Assembly (NCBI GenBank): GCA_039986495.1
Contig: JBDWQP010000013.1
Location: 88,084 to 152,083, forward strand
Length of the DNA stretch: 64,000 nt
DNA from: Roseibium sp.
GTDB lineage: Bacteria; Pseudomonadota; Alphaproteobacteria; Rhizobiales; Stappiaceae
Direction of reading: 5' to 3'
The notes beneath the pieces were generated by a model. It searched no databases and was not told where the DNA came from. It was given only the letters and a program-made list of their open reading frames with translations. This document shows positions 47,258-57,943 of the stretch, in pieces (the first letter of the stretch is position 1; each line of letters begins with the position of its first letter). The translations under genes and the position numbers were made by a program.

Positions 47258-49096
47258 TTATGCCGCCTGAACCGGGGCCAAAAAGCCTCCAGATTGATGA
47301 CGCCACAGCTGCGCATAGAGGCCATTTCGATCCAAAAGCTCCTGATGAGAGCCTGCTTCAATGATTCGGCCATTATCCATCACGATAAGCCTGTCCATTG
47401 CAGCAATTGTGGAAAGACGGTGGGCAATTGCGATCACGGTCTTGCCCTCCATCAGATGGAACAGGCTTTCCTGAATGGCGATCTCAACTTCGGAATCAAG
47501 GGCAGACGTTGCTTCGTCCAGAGCCAGAATAGGGGCATTCTTCAACAGAACCCTGGCAATCGCTATCCGTTGGCGCTGACCTCCGGACAACTTCACACCA
47601 CGCTCGCCCACGTGAGCTTCCAGGCCTCTACGGCCATTCTGATCCTCAAGGTCGTGGACAAAGTCAAGCGCATGGGCTTTTTCAAGAGCAGCAATCACCT
47701 CATCTCGGCTGACATCAGATTTGCCATAGGAAACATTCTCGAAAATTGAGCGATGCAGCAGGGATGTATCCTGCGTTACCACACCAACATTCGCCCGGAT
47801 GTCATCCTGCCGAACCTGAGCCAGATCATTTCCGTCAACCAGGATCCGGCCACCTTCCAGGTCATAGAAACGCAGAAGCAGATTGACCAGCGTCGATTTA
47901 CCAGCACCGGACCGCCCGATCAGTCCGATTTTCTCGCCCGCCTTGATGGTCAGACTAAGATCCTCGATGACACTGGTTTCTTTGCCATAATGGAACCGGA
48001 TTTTGTCGAACTGGATCTCTCCCCTCTCGACAGCCAAAATCTTGGCGTCAGGAACATCGACAACATCTCGTTCGCGAGAAATTGTGCTGATGCCATCTTG
48101 TACGGTTCCGATATTCTCAAAGAGGCCAGAGATTTCCCACAAGATCCACTGGGACATTCCCTGAAAACGCAGAACCAAAGCGACTGCGACGGTAATCTGC
48201 CCGGTCGTCACGAGATCAGCCTGCCATAGTCCGATAGACATGGCGGACACGGCGAAAAGCAATGCCATGTTCAGGGTTGTCAGAGTGATATTCATGCCGG
48301 TCACAAGCCGCATCTGAAGAAAGACTGTCTTCAGAAACGATGTCATTGACTGTTTGGCATAATCCTCTTCCCGTGCCGCGTGGGAGAAGAGCTTGACGGT
48401 CGAGATATTGGTATAGGCATCAACCACATGACCGGTCATGACTGATCGCGCATCGGCCTGATCCCGAGACACATTTTTCAGCCGGGGCACGAAGACCTTG
48501 ATGGTAAGAAGATAGCCACACAGCCAAACTGTAAACGGAATAAGGAAGTAGATGCTTGCATCCGCGACAACAAACAGCGCTGCTATAAAATAAACGATCA
48601 CATAAACAAGAATGTCAGCGATCCGGGTAACAACTTCACGGACAGCAAGAGCTGTCTGCATCATCTTGTTGGCAATTCGGCCAGCAAAATCGTTTTGGTA
48701 GAATGCAACGCTCTGCCGAAGCAGATATCGGTGTACCCGCCAACGAACGGACATTGGGTAGGTGCCCAGGATTCCCTGATGGAACACCATTTCCCAAATC
48801 GCGGAAATACCCGGGAGCAGGATGAGGATCACGATCCCCATCCAGAGCAACTGCCCCCAGTTATCCTCGAAGAATGTATCCGCGTTCTCAGTCCCCAGCC
48901 AATTCACCAAATCGCCCAGAAACGTGAAAATGAAAACCTCAAGCGTGGCGATAATCGCTCCAAGAACGGACGCAACCGCCAATATCGGCCACACAGGCTT
49001 GGTATAGAACCAGCAAAAGGCCCAGAACCCCTTGGGTGGAACATCAAGATCCGTGTCTTCGAACGGATCAACCAATTCTTCAAAGAACTTAAACAT
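47258..49096 (-). CDS. ABC exporter half-transporter (TMD+NBD, MdlB/MsbA-like)
   Basis: Six TM; GRSGAGKST, LSGGQRQR, LDEATSALD, IAHRL. Confidence 0.95.
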   Translation of the reverse strand: MFKFFEELVDPFEDTDLDVPPKGFWAFCWFYTKPVWPILAVASVLGAIIATLEVFIFTFLGDLVNWLGTENADTFFEDNWGQLLWMGIVILILLPGISAIWEMVFHQGILGTYPMSVRWRVHRYLLRQSVAFYQNDFAGRIANKMMQTALAVREVVTRIADILVYVIVYFIAALFVVADASIYFLIPFTVWLCGYLLTIKVFVPRLKNVSRDQADARSVMTGHVVDAYTNISTVKLFSHAAREEDYAKQSMTSFLKTVFLQMRLVTGMNITLTTLNMALLFAVSAMSIGLWQADLVTTGQITVAVALVLRFQGMSQWILWEISGLFENIGTVQDGISTISRERDVVDVPDAKILAVERGEIQFDKIRFHYGKETSVIEDLSLTIKAGEKIGLIGRSGAGKSTLVNLLLRFYDLEGGRILVDGNDLAQVRQDDIRANVGVVTQDTSLLHRSIFENVSYGKSDVSRDEVIAALEKAHALDFVHDLEDQNGRRGLEAHVGERGVKLSGGQRQRIAIARVLLKNAPILALDEATSALDSEVEIAIQESLFHLMEGKTVIAIAHRLSTIAAMDRLIVMDNGRIIEAGSHQELLDRNGLYAQLWRHQSGGFLAPVQAA

Positions 49097-49556
49097 GACG
49101 TACCTTTATGAGTGCAGCCAGAACAGGGTCCACTCCCCCGACCTGCGAGGACGCAGGCCGATCATCGACAACTCTTATGCCCTGATACCTCGACGCAAAA
49201 GCTGCCGAAGCGATCAAGCTGACCAATGAAAATGCAACGATGCCCGTGCCAAACAACATGTTTTTCAACTTGCTGACGAATTCAGAAGCCGTCAGAGAAT
49301 CACCATTCATGCCAACAATCTCTATTGACGAAACTTCGCCATAGAACACCGGAACAAACAGCAAAACGGTCAGGGCAACGGTTGCCCCGACAAAAAGGGC
49401 AGCCCCTTTTGCGATCGAGCCTGCGACTGAACGCCAGCCAGAAGGCTGCACGCCATCTGCTGGAATATGAACATCTGCGCGAACGACACGGTCGTCCTGC
49501 AACAGATCAGGACCATTTACGGGCCCCAAAGGCCCAAAAGGATTGCGGAAAGACAT
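49089..49556 (-). CDS. Hypothetical 2-TM membrane protein
   Basis: GGAGA RBS before ATG 49556, two hydrophobic helices, 8-nt overlap with the ABC start. Confidence 0.6.
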   Translation of the reverse strand: MSFRNPFGPLGPVNGPDLLQDDRVVRADVHIPADGVQPSGWRSVAGSIAKGAALFVGATVALTVLLFVPVFYGEVSSIEIVGMNGDSLTASEFVSKLKNMLFGTGIVAFSLVSLIASAAFASRYQGIRVVDDRPASSQVGGVDPVLAALIKVRHV

Positions 49557-49986
49557 CACTTGTCTCCGATAGTCGAGAATATGTGGAGTGACGTCGGCAG
49601 ACACGCAAGTGCACGCGTGCAACCATGAGCTAATTTGGCTTAAGCCAGACGTCGGAAATGTTTGTGGAATTCAGACAACTTCTTAGCAGAAGCTTGCGGA
49701 ATTCCTTAGCCAGACCACTGAGGCCGAAGCAGCTTGCATCATTAGATGAAAAGTCATGTACGCCCTCCTGGTTGCGCGGTCGGGAGACCACTTGGATAGT
49801 CAAAACCAACTACTGAAAGTTGGTCCGATTATGGGTACCTGCATTTGCCAATCAAGGAAAGAGCGGAAATCACGTTTGAAGTATCATTTTAGACAATGTG
49901 ACAAAATAGCTACACACGACACACATCGGCAACACATCCCGCCTGTCGGTCACGCTCGCCAGGCTCTCTGTGTTCGATGATCAGGT

Positions 49987-51081
49987 TTATAACGCCTGAC
50001 TGGCAAGCTTGCGTTTCTGCCGATGAGCACGACCAAGTTCATCCGTGTACCAGGCCAATTGTCCCTGCCCGGATTTCTTGGCTTCATAGAGCGCTATGTC
50101 GGCACGATTTATCAATTCAGATGGCGTTGAAATTGAACCATCAGATATCATAATCCCAATGCTCCCTGCTACATTGAGCGTCAACTGCTCCCATAACAAA
50201 GGCTCTGAAATACCTTGTAAAACACTGCCCGCCAATTCCGACAAGGCTTTCGAGTTTTCCGGATTAGGCACTGCAACGACAAACTCGTCACCGCCAACAC
50301 GTGCAACAAGCCCCTGCTTGCCTACAACCGACTGGACCACTTCCGCAACTCTCACAAGAACCGCATCCCCGGCACTGTGGCCATAAGCATCGTTAATGTC
50401 TTTGAACAGGTCCAGATCCAGGTGTAAAACACCGATAGAGCCGTTTTCCTCCCTGATTTCAGCCAACCAGTGCTCCAGATATTTGTTCAGCTTTGAGCGA
50501 TTGGCCACTTCGGTAAGATCGTCGTGTTCGGCTTTGTATTTCAGGCGCTTTCGAACTGTCTCCAGCTCATCAAGGTGCTCAATCTGATGTGTAATATCCC
50601 GGGAAATGACTATTATTTTGGTTTCCTTAAGAGTATCTCCTTCGAAGACAGCAAATATGAGCTCGTTCCAAAACAGTTCGCCGCTCTTCCGGCGGTTTTG
50701 GATGCGCTCTTCGAAACCTGATTTGATCACATTCAGATCATACCGGAAATTTGCGACGTCCTCATCGGACAATTTATTGTCATCGGTCAGCACAAATTCC
50801 TGCGGCCGCCGCCCGAGAATTTCTTCCGCCGAAAAGCCGGTAATCCGGCTATAGGCCGGGTTTGACCACTCTATGTGACCGTAAATGTCCTGAACCAACA
50901 AGCCGTCGTGCACATGCTCAACAACCAGTTTCAGGATCCTGTTGTCCTTGCCCGTCTCAGAAGAAACATCAGTTCCAAACACATTCAGGTTGTAATGCCT
51001 TGAAACAATATAGAGTGCGAGAAAGCCGACGAGACCTGACCCCAAACCGAGCAAAAGCGGATCTTCAAATACCCACCCCAT
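49987..51081 (-). CDS. Diguanylate cyclase (TM-PAS-GGDEF)
   Basis: N-terminal TM, PAS (NPAYSRITGF...NRRKSGELFW), HDDLTEVANR, DLDLFKDINDAYGH, intact GGDEF. Confidence 0.92.
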   Translation of the reverse strand: MGWVFEDPLLLGLGSGLVGFLALYIVSRHYNLNVFGTDVSSETGKDNRILKLVVEHVHDGLLVQDIYGHIEWSNPAYSRITGFSAEEILGRRPQEFVLTDDNKLSDEDVANFRYDLNVIKSGFEERIQNRRKSGELFWNELIFAVFEGDTLKETKIIVISRDITHQIEHLDELETVRKRLKYKAEHDDLTEVANRSKLNKYLEHWLAEIREENGSIGVLHLDLDLFKDINDAYGHSAGDAVLVRVAEVVQSVVGKQGLVARVGGDEFVVAVPNPENSKALSELAGSVLQGISEPLLWEQLTLNVAGSIGIMISDGSISTPSELINRADIALYEAKKSGQGQLAWYTDELGRAHRQKRKLASQAL

Positions 51082-51231
51082 ACTCGATGACCTCTCATTG
51101 TTTCGTTCTATAAAACAAACTCAATGTATCTTTAAATCATCGTATTAGAATAGCAAATGCACACAATACTCGCAAAACTACCTAGTCAATTTCAGAACAA
51201 AGAATTACGAAAAATTCAGAAGATCCGCATC

Positions 51232-52551
51232 TTAAACAGAACGGACACTTTGCAGGAATTGCGACACTTGAGTTTGCAGACTATTGGACAACCCAGCAAG
51301 CTCTGACGAGGCCGAATTCATACCCTCGGTTGCAGACCGACTAGAATCCATGGCATCGCATAAGGAACTGACATTCCCGGTCACCATCTCTGAACTGGAG
51401 CGTGCGGTTTGAGCGTTGCAGCTGATTTCGCCGGTTGCGGTGGCTTGCTCTTCAACGGCTTCGCGGATCTTAACAGAGATTTTGCTAACCCGGTCGATGG
51501 TTTCGGTGATGGATGCAATTGCAGCTTCCGAAGATTCAGCAACTTCCTGAACCGAGGCAACCTGGGCAGAAATATCGTCCGTTGCCTTTGCGGTCTGGTC
51601 TGCCAATGCTTTGACTTCGTTTGCAACAACAGCAAAGCCACGCCCTGCTTCCCCTGCACGAGCAGCTTCGATTGTCGCATTCAGTGCAAGAAGATTCGTT
51701 TGAGATGCGATCTGACTGATTAGTTCAACAATTTCGCCGATAGCACGACCGGTTTCAGACAACCTTCCAACTATTTCATCGGTTTTCTTGGCTTCTGCAA
51801 CAGCAGAACCCGCAATATCGGCCGCCTGATCGACATCCTCACGAACATGAGCTAACGACTCTGATAGATGGTTGGCAGACCCGGTTACAGCTTCGACAGA
51901 TGAGCTCGCATCCGTTGTGGCATTTCTGACTTCGTTCACGGCACTGAGCGACATTTCAACAGCTTCATTCAACTGGACGGAATTGCTTTGAACTGTTCCT
52001 GCAGCTTGAGAAAGCGCGGCAACCACGCTCATGACAGACTTTTCGAAGTCGTCAGCAACGTCCTGCATCAATTCATTACGTTCTTTGCTCAACGCGTCCT
52101 GGTGCGCCAATTCTTTTTGAGCCTGTTCTTTGGCCTGTTCGGAAAGGTTTGATCGGAACATGGTCACAGAGCGTGCAATTGCGCCGATTTCATCACTTCG
52201 GTCTTCACCGTCGATCTCAATGTCCAGATCGCCTTCTGACATTCGATCCAAACCATTTTGGAGACGCGCAAGCGGTCGTGCCACACCAAGTGCAAGGACA
52301 ACGGCAAGGCCAAGAAATGCAAGGCCGACCGGCGAAACCACGAGGCCGACGGTGATCATTTGATCCAGGATAAGAGAGTCAATCTTACCCGCGACATTCC
52401 CGGACAAGAACTGCTCTGCTCCCTCATGGGTGCCAATTTCACCCATAATGGCTTGGCGGAACGTGTAAAATGCAAACGCCGTACCTGCCATCATGATTGC
52501 ACAGGCAGTGAAAACCATTGCGATGAAACGGCCATTGATAGAAAGCGTCAC
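51232..52551 (-). CDS. Methyl-accepting chemotaxis protein with minimal periplasmic loop
   Basis: TM1, about 35 aa, TM2, [38 protein letters not shown]. Confidence 0.93.
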   Translation of the reverse strand: MTLSINGRFIAMVFTACAIMMAGTAFAFYTFRQAIMGEIGTHEGAEQFLSGNVAGKIDSLILDQMITVGLVVSPVGLAFLGLAVVLALGVARPLARLQNGLDRMSEGDLDIEIDGEDRSDEIGAIARSVTMFRSNLSEQAKEQAQKELAHQDALSKERNELMQDVADDFEKSVMSVVAALSQAAGTVQSNSVQLNEAVEMSLSAVNEVRNATTDASSSVEAVTGSANHLSESLAHVREDVDQAADIAGSAVAEAKKTDEIVGRLSETGRAIGEIVELISQIASQTNLLALNATIEAARAGEAGRGFAVVANEVKALADQTAKATDDISAQVASVQEVAESSEAAIASITETIDRVSKISVKIREAVEEQATATGEISCNAQTARSSSEMVTGNVSSLCDAMDSSRSATEGMNSASSELAGLSNSLQTQVSQFLQSVRSV

Positions 52552-52755
52552 GATATCAGAACTCCAGACAAGCTAGAGGGCGGCAATCGCCGTCCTGAGC
52601 GCCTGCACCAGGACCGCAGGCTCAGGTGTAGCCCTAAACTGACACACGTAAAAATTTGGTAATAATCCGAATGTCAAAAATATCAATTTTCTATTATTAA
52701 CTATAATCTGCAGCGTTTTAAAAAATAGCGCATCACCCCCGGCGATGCACCGCCG

Positions 52756-53160
52756 TCAAACAGTAATCATGCGGGTTAGCAGGAATCCGGCCCCGGCGGA
52801 AACTGCGGAGAGTGTTGCCCCCCAGGCTACATCAACAACAGTGACAATCACTGGCCAGTTCTTAAGCGTGGCGAAGTTGGTAACATCGTAAGTCGCGTAG
52901 GTAAAAAATCCGAACATCGCTCCGAACAGGACAGCATAGGCAAAGCTGTCGTTCTTAAGTGCTGGCAGCACTGCAAAAATCACGATCCCAACTACATAAA
53001 TAACGTAGAAAGTACCGGCAGCTGCCATATTCGGCTTGTCCATCAGCAAGTGACCGATCCGGTCGAAATAGAACTTGGTAGCAACCTGTGTAAGCCACAC
53101 AAAATCGATGGCAAAAAACACAAATGCGGTGGTGAAATAGGCAGCGATAACTTGAAACAT
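52756..53160 (-). CDS. DUF2177 family membrane protein
   Basis: IDFVWL, YATYDVTNFATLKNWP, VDVAWG. Confidence 0.85.
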   Translation of the reverse strand: MFQVIAAYFTTAFVFFAIDFVWLTQVATKFYFDRIGHLLMDKPNMAAAGTFYVIYVVGIVIFAVLPALKNDSFAYAVLFGAMFGFFTYATYDVTNFATLKNWPVIVTVVDVAWGATLSAVSAGAGFLLTRMITV

Positions 53161-53253
53161 GTGGCCCTCAGGTGATGTGCTTCAAATGTACGTCATTCTC
53201 CGCCAAGCGGATCAGCAACGCATTGAGGAATTTGGAACAAGAGGCCCTTCTGC

Positions 53254-55116
53254 TCACACCAAACCCGGTATAGCTTGCAGAAAACCGCCAGATTGGCGGC
53301 GCCAAAGTTGAGCATACAGGCCTGTTTCATCTTTCAGCAATTCGTCATGCGCTCCCTGTTGAACAATTCGGCCATTTTCCATCACGATCAGTCGGTCCAA
53401 TTCAGCAATGGTGGACAACCGGTGCGCAATAGCGATCACCGTTTTTCCGGACATAAGTCCTTGCAGGTTTTCCTGAATTGCCGCTTCCACTTCAGAATCG
53501 AGAGCCGAGGTCGCCTCATCCAGCACGAGAATGGGCGCATCCTTTAAAAGGACGCGCGCAATTGCGATCCTCTGGCGTTGCCCGCCGGATAGTTTGACAC
53601 CGCGTTCGCCGACAAATGCATCGAACCCTTTCCTGCCTCTTTTGTCTTCGAGATCATGAATGAATTCGAAAGCGTGGGCTTTTCGAGTTGCCCGGATCAA
53701 CTCTTCCTCGCAGGCAGCTGGCCGACCATAAAGGATGTTTTCGCGGATAGATCGGTGCAGAAGCGATGGATCCTGTGTCACCATTCCGATGGATCTGCGC
53801 AGGGATTCTTGCGTAACATCCCGCAAATCATGGCCGTCGATCAAAACTCGACCAGCTTCAACATCGTAGAACCGTAACAATAGACTCGCGAGTGTGCTTT
53901 TGCCTGCCCCGGATGGGCCTACCAGCCCAACCCGCTCACCCGGCTCAATGACCAGGCTCAGATTATCTATGACACCGTTGGTTTTTCCGTAGTGGAATTG
54001 AACACGCTCGAATACAACTCGCCCGTCAACAGCCGTAAGCTCTATAGCATCCTGCTTGTCAGTAAGAAGGACCGGCTTGACGATCGTCTCCATGCTGTCC
54101 TGCATCGCGCCGAAGTTCCGGAATAATCCATTCATTTGATTGAAGAGACGATTGAGCAGAATATTCAGGCGCAGCACAAGACTGAGAGCGAACGCTACGT
54201 GACCGGTGCTGATCGCGCCAGATTGCCAGATCTGCAGCGCCATTGCGGTTATTGCGACAATCATCACGCCGTTTAACAGCGACATCACCACCCGGATGGT
54301 TGTCAGAAGGCGGGTGAATTCCTTTAGCGTTTCAACAAATGCGCGGAAAGACTGTTGGGAACCGTGGCTTTCCTCCTTCGCCGATCCGAACAGTTTGACC
54401 GATTGAATGTTCGTGTAGGTATCGACCAAACGCCCCATAACGCCGGAATAGGAGTTAGCAGTATCTTTGGCTTTTTCCCGCACTCGAGGAATGAGATACC
54501 GGGCAACCAGAACAAAACTCAAAAGCCAAAGACCGACAATCCCGCCAAGCCGGACATCCAGGTCAGTCACAAGAACCAGCGTCGTGATTGCATATACAAA
54601 TATAAACCAGGCCACCTGAAGCAGGTTGGTCATGAAATCGCCAGCAGAAATCCCCGCCTGCATAACCTTCTGCGACAAACGCCCCGCCAGATCATCATGA
54701 AAAAAACTGAGGCTCTGGCGCATGACCTGCTGATGCGCCTGCCAGCGAACCAGATTGAAAAATCCCGGCACAATTGTCTGTTCTTCGACAAGCGCGGTCA
54801 GGGAGTTCACTAAAGGTCGCAACAAGACAACGACTGCCGCCATGCCAATCAGCGTCCACCAATGATCAGCAAAAAACGAACTTCGATCACTTCCTTCCAG
54901 CAAATCAACAAGTCTGCCCAGAAAATTGAAGACCGCGACTTCGACAAACGCAGACAAAATGCCCAGTACCAGCATGGCCACAAAAGGCCATCGAACCTGC
55001 AGGACGAAATACATCAGAAACCGGAGACCACCATGAGGCATCTCATTGGCAGGTGGCGAGCGAAACGGATCAATCCAGGATTCAAAAAGCCGGAAAAGCG
55101 GGAGCACGGAAATCAC
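53254..55116 (-). CDS. ABC exporter half-transporter (paralog of 47258-49096)
   Basis: GPSGAGKST, LSGGQRQR, LDEATSALDSEVE, IAHRLST. Confidence 0.95.
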   Translation of the reverse strand: MISVLPLFRLFESWIDPFRSPPANEMPHGGLRFLMYFVLQVRWPFVAMLVLGILSAFVEVAVFNFLGRLVDLLEGSDRSSFFADHWWTLIGMAAVVVLLRPLVNSLTALVEEQTIVPGFFNLVRWQAHQQVMRQSLSFFHDDLAGRLSQKVMQAGISAGDFMTNLLQVAWFIFVYAITTLVLVTDLDVRLGGIVGLWLLSFVLVARYLIPRVREKAKDTANSYSGVMGRLVDTYTNIQSVKLFGSAKEESHGSQQSFRAFVETLKEFTRLLTTIRVVMSLLNGVMIVAITAMALQIWQSGAISTGHVAFALSLVLRLNILLNRLFNQMNGLFRNFGAMQDSMETIVKPVLLTDKQDAIELTAVDGRVVFERVQFHYGKTNGVIDNLSLVIEPGERVGLVGPSGAGKSTLASLLLRFYDVEAGRVLIDGHDLRDVTQESLRRSIGMVTQDPSLLHRSIRENILYGRPAACEEELIRATRKAHAFEFIHDLEDKRGRKGFDAFVGERGVKLSGGQRQRIAIARVLLKDAPILVLDEATSALDSEVEAAIQENLQGLMSGKTVIAIAHRLSTIAELDRLIVMENGRIVQQGAHDELLKDETGLYAQLWRRQSGGFLQAIPGLV

Positions 55117-55267
55117 CTAGGGAAATAGAGTGCGATTCTTGTTCCATCTTACACATGTGTCTCCCATTTGGATCTGCCAATAGCCGAATTCCGGCGACCA
55201 ACATTGAATGACAAACAAAAGCCCAACTGCTAAGGACGCATCTTTCATCAACGGCCAGATCGGTTTC

Positions 55268-55738
55268 ATGCCTGACATCGCCCTTTATCTTCCAGACATT
55301 CCGCAAAACACCGGCACAATATTAAGGCTCGCCGCCTGCATGGATGTAACCGTGCATCTGATCGAGCCAGCCGGATTTCCGATTTCGGACAGCGCACTCA
55401 AACGCGCTGGAATGGACTACCTGGAGCGGGCAGCTCTCAAACGGCATATGTCATTTGAGGAATTCCAGGACTGGCGCAACTCAGAACAGCGACGACTGGT
55501 GCTTTTGACGACCAAATCATCCAGCTCGTATACAGATTATGAGTTTCAGGAGGCCGACATCCTGCTCCTTGGGCGTGAAAGCAAAGGTGTTCCTGATGAC
55601 GTCCATGACCTGTGCGATGCACGGGTAACAATCCCGATGGCGAAGGATATGCGCTCTATTAATGTTGCTATCTCGGCGGGTATGGTACTCGGCGAAGCCT
55701 TGCGGCAAACCGGCACATTTCCTAAAAGCCAAGACTGA
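55268..55738 (+). CDS. trmL: tRNA (cytidine/uridine-34 2'-O)-methyltransferase
   Basis: PDIPQNTGTILR, LKRAGMDY, LGRESKGVP, RSINVA. Confidence 0.95.
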   Translation: MPDIALYLPDIPQNTGTILRLAACMDVTVHLIEPAGFPISDSALKRAGMDYLERAALKRHMSFEEFQDWRNSEQRRLVLLTTKSSSSYTDYEFQEADILLLGRESKGVPDDVHDLCDARVTIPMAKDMRSINVAISAGMVLGEALRQTGTFPKSQD

Positions 55739-55791
55739 TCCTGTTCAGTTGTTCTTTGCAGCAACCTACCCAATTCCTCGAGGCCTAATTC

Positions 55792-56718
55792 ATGAACGCT
55801 CCTTCCCCAGAACAACGTGGTGGCCCAATCCCGAACGGGATCGAGCAAAAAAAGGAAATAGCGCCGACATGGTTCAGGGAATTGAGGGACCGTATTTGCA
55901 AGTCATTTGAGGATCTTGAGGATGAAATAGGCGCCCTCTCAGGCCCGATGGCTGACCAGCCGGCAGGCCGGTTTGAACAAACGCCCTGGGAGCGCACAGA
56001 TGCAACGGGTGCCAAGGGTGGCGGCGGTGTCATGTCGATGATGCATGGCCGGGTGTTTGAGAAAGTCGGCGTCCATATCTCAACCGTCCACGGAGAGTTC
56101 TCACCAGAATTCCGGGGGCAGATCCCGGGCGCGAATGAAGACCCACGATTCTGGGCTTCGGGCATCAGCCTAATTGCTCACCCGCACAATCCGAATGTTC
56201 CAGCCGTTCACATGAACACTCGCATGGTCGTGACCACCCGCCAGTGGTTCGGCGGCGGTGCCGACCTCACCCCCGTTCTCGATGCGCGCCGAACTCAGGA
56301 AGATCCGGATACGGTCGCTTTCCATGAAGCCATGGAGGCTGCCTGTTCAGCTCACGATGTCGCCGATTACGATGCCTACAAGGCCTGGTGCGACGACTAT
56401 TTTTACCTGAAGCATCGTGATGAGGCCCGCGGTGTTGGCGGCATATTTTACGATTATCTGCACAGCGGAGATTGGGACGCTGATCTCGCCTACACCAAGG
56501 ATGTCGGTCTTGCGTTCCTCAACATCTATCCGGAACTGGTTCGCCGGAACTTCGAGACACCCTGGACAGACGCCCAGCGTGAGGAACAGCTCATACGGCG
56601 CGGACGGTATGTGGAGTACAATCTGCTTTATGATCGGGGAACGATTTTTGGCTTGAAGACCGGTGGCAATGTCGCCTCGATCCTGTCTTCCATGCCGCCT
56701 GTCGTAAAGTGGCCCTAA
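55792..56718 (+). CDS. hemF: Oxygen-dependent coproporphyrinogen III oxidase
   Basis: [53 protein letters not shown]. Confidence 0.97.
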   Translation: MNAPSPEQRGGPIPNGIEQKKEIAPTWFRELRDRICKSFEDLEDEIGALSGPMADQPAGRFEQTPWERTDATGAKGGGGVMSMMHGRVFEKVGVHISTVHGEFSPEFRGQIPGANEDPRFWASGISLIAHPHNPNVPAVHMNTRMVVTTRQWFGGGADLTPVLDARRTQEDPDTVAFHEAMEAACSAHDVADYDAYKAWCDDYFYLKHRDEARGVGGIFYDYLHSGDWDADLAYTKDVGLAFLNIYPELVRRNFETPWTDAQREEQLIRRGRYVEYNLLYDRGTIFGLKTGGNVASILSSMPPVVKWP

Positions 56719-56727
56719 AAAACGGGC

Positions 56728-57843
56728 CTATGCGGCGGCACCGCTGCCAGCAACGGCTTTTGTTCGGCTAACTTCACCGAAACTCCGGTTCAGAACCATG
56801 CCAGCGAATTGCGCCAGCATCTGTTGGTCGAGTTTGCCGCCCATCTCTTTCATGATTGAGATCGCAGTCCGCACCGGCACGCCTTCTTTGTAGGCGCGTT
56901 CTTCCGTGAGGGCTGTGAAGATATCGCAAATTGTCATCATGCGGACTTTTGGGGTGATCCGGTTTCCCTTCAAACCATTGGGATAGCCTGATCCGTCCAG
57001 AAACTCATGATGTTGAATTGCCATTTTCTTGATATCAATCGGCACTTCAAGGCGCGGTTTCAGGACTTCCTGTCCAAAAACCGGATGCTTATCAATGAGC
57101 GCACGCTCTTCGGTCGTCAGTTCGCCAGGTTTGTCCAGGATCGTCAGGGGAATGCGCATCTTGCCGATGTCGTGAACAAGCCCACCCGCAATCATCTCCC
57201 GGCAATCTGCTTCTGACCATCCCAGAAAACGTGCAAACGCACCGGCAATTCCAGCCACAACAAGTGAGTGACTGTAGGTACCACTGTGGTGGCACTGAAC
57301 CGCCTCGAGCCAAGACGTCAACCCATCGAGATCAATCGCTGTCAGCAATTCGGACGCGCTGTCATCCATCGCTTTGATCTGGATATTGGCTTCGATCACG
57401 GCTGATAGGCAAAGCGTTTCCAGAAATGCATCCGTTTTCAAAAACGCCTTTTTGACCTTCTCCGACGTTTCAATCGGGAGATCGGCTAACGGGTCGGTAT
57501 TGGTGCGTGCCTTTATCCGCTTTAGCATCAATGCCAACGGCGTATCGCGGTCCATAACCTCGGATTTTCCAAGAGCTGATGCCTGGATCACTTCACGGCG
57601 GATGGTTTTGGACGCCAGACAATATACCGGGATCTCGGCAATGCTGGCCCATGATGCCTTCAATGCGGACAATCCCGCATCAGTGGCATTCAACAACTCG
57701 ACAATTGCGAGCCCCGCATCACCGACGGTCTTCGGTGAGACTCTGGCCATATCGATTAGTCGTGCCGGAAAAAAAAACGGCAACTTGCGAACCGGAGAAT
57801 CCAACGGGAGCGGACCATCAGAGATTAGAACGATTTCCATCAA
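56728..57843 (-). CDS. HD-GYP phosphodiesterase with a degenerate receiver-like N-domain
   Basis: TYSHSL, VHDIGK, HHEFLDGSGYP, DIFTALTEERAYK. Confidence 0.9.
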   Translation of the reverse strand: MMEIVLISDGPLPLDSPVRKLPFFFPARLIDMARVSPKTVGDAGLAIVELLNATDAGLSALKASWASIAEIPVYCLASKTIRREVIQASALGKSEVMDRDTPLALMLKRIKARTNTDPLADLPIETSEKVKKAFLKTDAFLETLCLSAVIEANIQIKAMDDSASELLTAIDLDGLTSWLEAVQCHHSGTYSHSLVVAGIAGAFARFLGWSEADCREMIAGGLVHDIGKMRIPLTILDKPGELTTEERALIDKHPVFGQEVLKPRLEVPIDIKKMAIQHHEFLDGSGYPNGLKGNRITPKVRMMTICDIFTALTEERAYKEGVPVRTAISIMKEMGGKLDQQMLAQFAGMVLNRSFGEVSRTKAVAGSGAAA

Positions 57844-57943
57844 TAGACTCGCAGCGCCTCAATACCTCAATCTCCGACAGTCTCACGCAGCGTTCACGTC
57901 AGCAGAGATTTTAATATAATTGGCGGTACTTCTTTATTTTCCG

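Noticed and set aside
49756-49980. 74-aa plus-strand ORF, or an EAL remnant, after the GGDEF gene
   Set aside because: It has no motif or RBS, and translation showed nothing EAL-like.
52578-52626. c-di-GMP riboswitch call for the MCP leader
   Set aside because: It lacks the conserved GNRA tetraloop/receptor and GG-A contacts; kept only as an unassigned hairpin.
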